Shown here: positions 61,955 to 64,000 of the stretch, piece by piece
Position numbering within the stretch: position 1 is the first letter of the stretch
How the letters are laid out: each line of letters starts with the position of its first letter
Origin: Eledone cirrhosa
Lineage: Eukaryota
Direction of reading: 5' to 3'
Assembly: GCA_964016885.1 (NCBI GenBank)
Contig: OZ024744.1
Coordinates: 115,258,001-115,322,000 of the forward strand
Length of the DNA: 64,000 bases
Translations under genes and position numbers: made by a program
The notes under the pieces: generated by a model
What the model saw: only the letters and a program-made list of their open reading frames with translations
The model's database searches: none
Told to the model about the DNA's origin: nothing

Positions 61955-64000
61955 TTGGAGGTGAATATTACACCTGTTTCACTTTGGAGGTCAATATTAC
62001 ACCTGTTTCACTTTGGAGGTGAATATTACACCTGTTTCACTTTGGAGGTGAATATTACACCTGTTTCACTTTGGAGGTCAATATTACACCTGTTTCACTT
62101 TGGAGGTCAATATTACACCTGTTGTACTTTGGTGGTCAATATTACACCTGTTATACTTTGGTGGTCAATATTACACCTGTTTCACTTTGGAGGTGAATAT
62201 TACACCTGTTATACTTTGGTGGTCAATATTACACCTGTTATACTTTGGTGGTCAATATTACACCTGTTTCACTTTGGTGGTCAATATTACACCTGTTATA
62301 CTTTGGAGGTCAATATTACACCTGTTATACTTTGGAGGTCAATATTACACCTGTTATACTTTGGTGGTCAATATTACACCTGTTTCGCTTTGGAGGTGAA
62401 TATTACACCTGTTTCACTTTGGAGGTCAATATTACACCTGTTTCACTTTGGTGGTCAATATTACACCTGTTATACTTTGGAGGTGAATATTACACCTGTT
62501 ATACTTTGGTGGTCAATATTACACCTGTTATACTTTGGTGGTCAATATTACACCTGTTTCACTTTGGTGGTCAATATTACACCTGTTATACTTTGGAGGT
62601 CAATATTACACCTGTTTCACTTTGGAGGTCAATATTACACCTGTTATACTTTGGTGGTCAATATTACACCTGTTATACTTTGGTGGTCAATATTACACCT
62701 GTTATACTTTGGTGGTCAATATTACACCAGTTTCACTTTGGAGGTCAATATTACACCTGTTTCACTTTGGTGGTCAATATTACACCTGTTTCACTTTGGT
62801 GGTCAATATTACACCTGTTATACTTTGGTGGTCAATATTACACCTGTTATACTTTGGTGGTCAATATTACACCTGTTTCACTTTGGTGGTCAATATTACA
62901 CCTGTTATACTTTGGAGGTCAATATTACACCTGTTATACTTTGGTGGTCAATATTACACCTGTTTCGCTTTGGAGGTGAATATTACGCCTGTTTCACTTT
63001 GGAGGTCAATATTACACCTGTTATACTTTGGTGGTCAATATTACACCTGTTATACTTTGGTGGTCAATATTACACCAGTTTCACTTTGGAGGTCAATATT
63101 ACACCTGTTTCACTTTGGTGGTCAATATTACACCTGTTTCACTTTGGTGGTCAATATTACACCTGTTATACTTTGGTGGTCAATATTACACCTGTTTCGC
63201 TTTGGAGGTGAATATTACACCTGTTTCACTTTGGAGGTGAATATTACACCTGTTTCGCTTTGGTGGTCAATATTACACCTGTTTCACTTTGGTGGTCAAT
63301 ATTACACCTGTTATACTTTGGTGGTCAATATTACACCTGTTATACTTTGGTGGTCAATATTACACCTGTTATACTTTGGAGGTCAATATTACACCTGTTA
63401 TACTTTGGTGGTCAATATTACACCTGTTATACTTTGGAGAGGAATATTACACCTGTTTCACTTTGGAGGTGAATATTACACCTGTTTCGCTTTGGAGGTG
63501 AATATTACACCTGTTTCACTTTGGTGGTCAATATTACACCTGTTATACTTTGGTGGTCAATATTACACCTGTTTCACTTTGGTGGTCAATATTACACCTG
63601 TTATACTTTGGTGGTCAATATTACACCTGTTTCGCTTTGGAGGTGAATATTACACCTGTTTCACTTTGGTGGTCAATATTACACCTGTTATACTTTGGTG
63701 GTCAATATTACACCTGTTTCACTTTGGTGGTCAATATTACACCTGTTATACTTTGGTGGTGAATATTACACCTGTTATACTTTGGTGGTCAATATTACAC
63801 CTGTTATACTTTGGTGGTCAATATTACACCTGTTATACTTTGGAGAGGAATATTACACCTGTTTCACTTTGGTGGTCAATATTACACCTGTTATACTTTG
63901 GTGGTCAATATTACACCTGTTTCACTTTGGAGAGGAATATTACACCTGTTTCACTTTGGAGAGGAATATTACACCTGTTTCACTTTGGAGGTCAATATTA
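61955..64000. repeat. 29-bp satellite, >=70 copies, runs off the window end
   Basis: Unit ttggWggtSaatattacacctgtt(tc/at)act. Confidence 0.97.

Noticed and set aside
61931-63762. 426-aa and overlapping repeat ORFs
   Set aside because: Translations of the 29-bp satellite cycling through frames.

Overview
Eukaryotic, repeat-dense genomic DNA. It is most likely octopus or another coleoid cephalopod; this is inferred from the SINE/LINE families and satellite-filled introns, not from a search. The window lies inside one minus-strand gene. Three exons (61457-61514, 39272-39375, 228-935) have GT/AG boundaries and splice in one open frame. The product is an acidic, disordered protein with [DE]xxxF/WxxF and DKY motifs, most like synergin gamma. 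The ~38 kb and ~22 kb introns are filled with at least ten tandem arrays, the largest a 26.5 kb array of a 55-bp unit. They also hold an apparently intact RTE LINE with a PHD-like finger inside its RT; decayed RTE, L1/Tx1, R4/Dong and Tc1/mariner pieces; tRNA-derived SINEs; and a TPR-like pseudogene fused to a LINE tail. The most notable unannotated signals are: (1) two short, sequence-unrelated elements inside (TA)n, each carrying a minimal type-I hammerhead ribozyme with a palindromic stem III, one with a compensatory U3-A8 core; (2) satellites that visibly arose in place from a SINE and from an R4/Dong LINE; (3) two separate 45-monomer (~2475 bp) duplications in the giant array. Most long ORFs in the supplied track are repeat artefacts.
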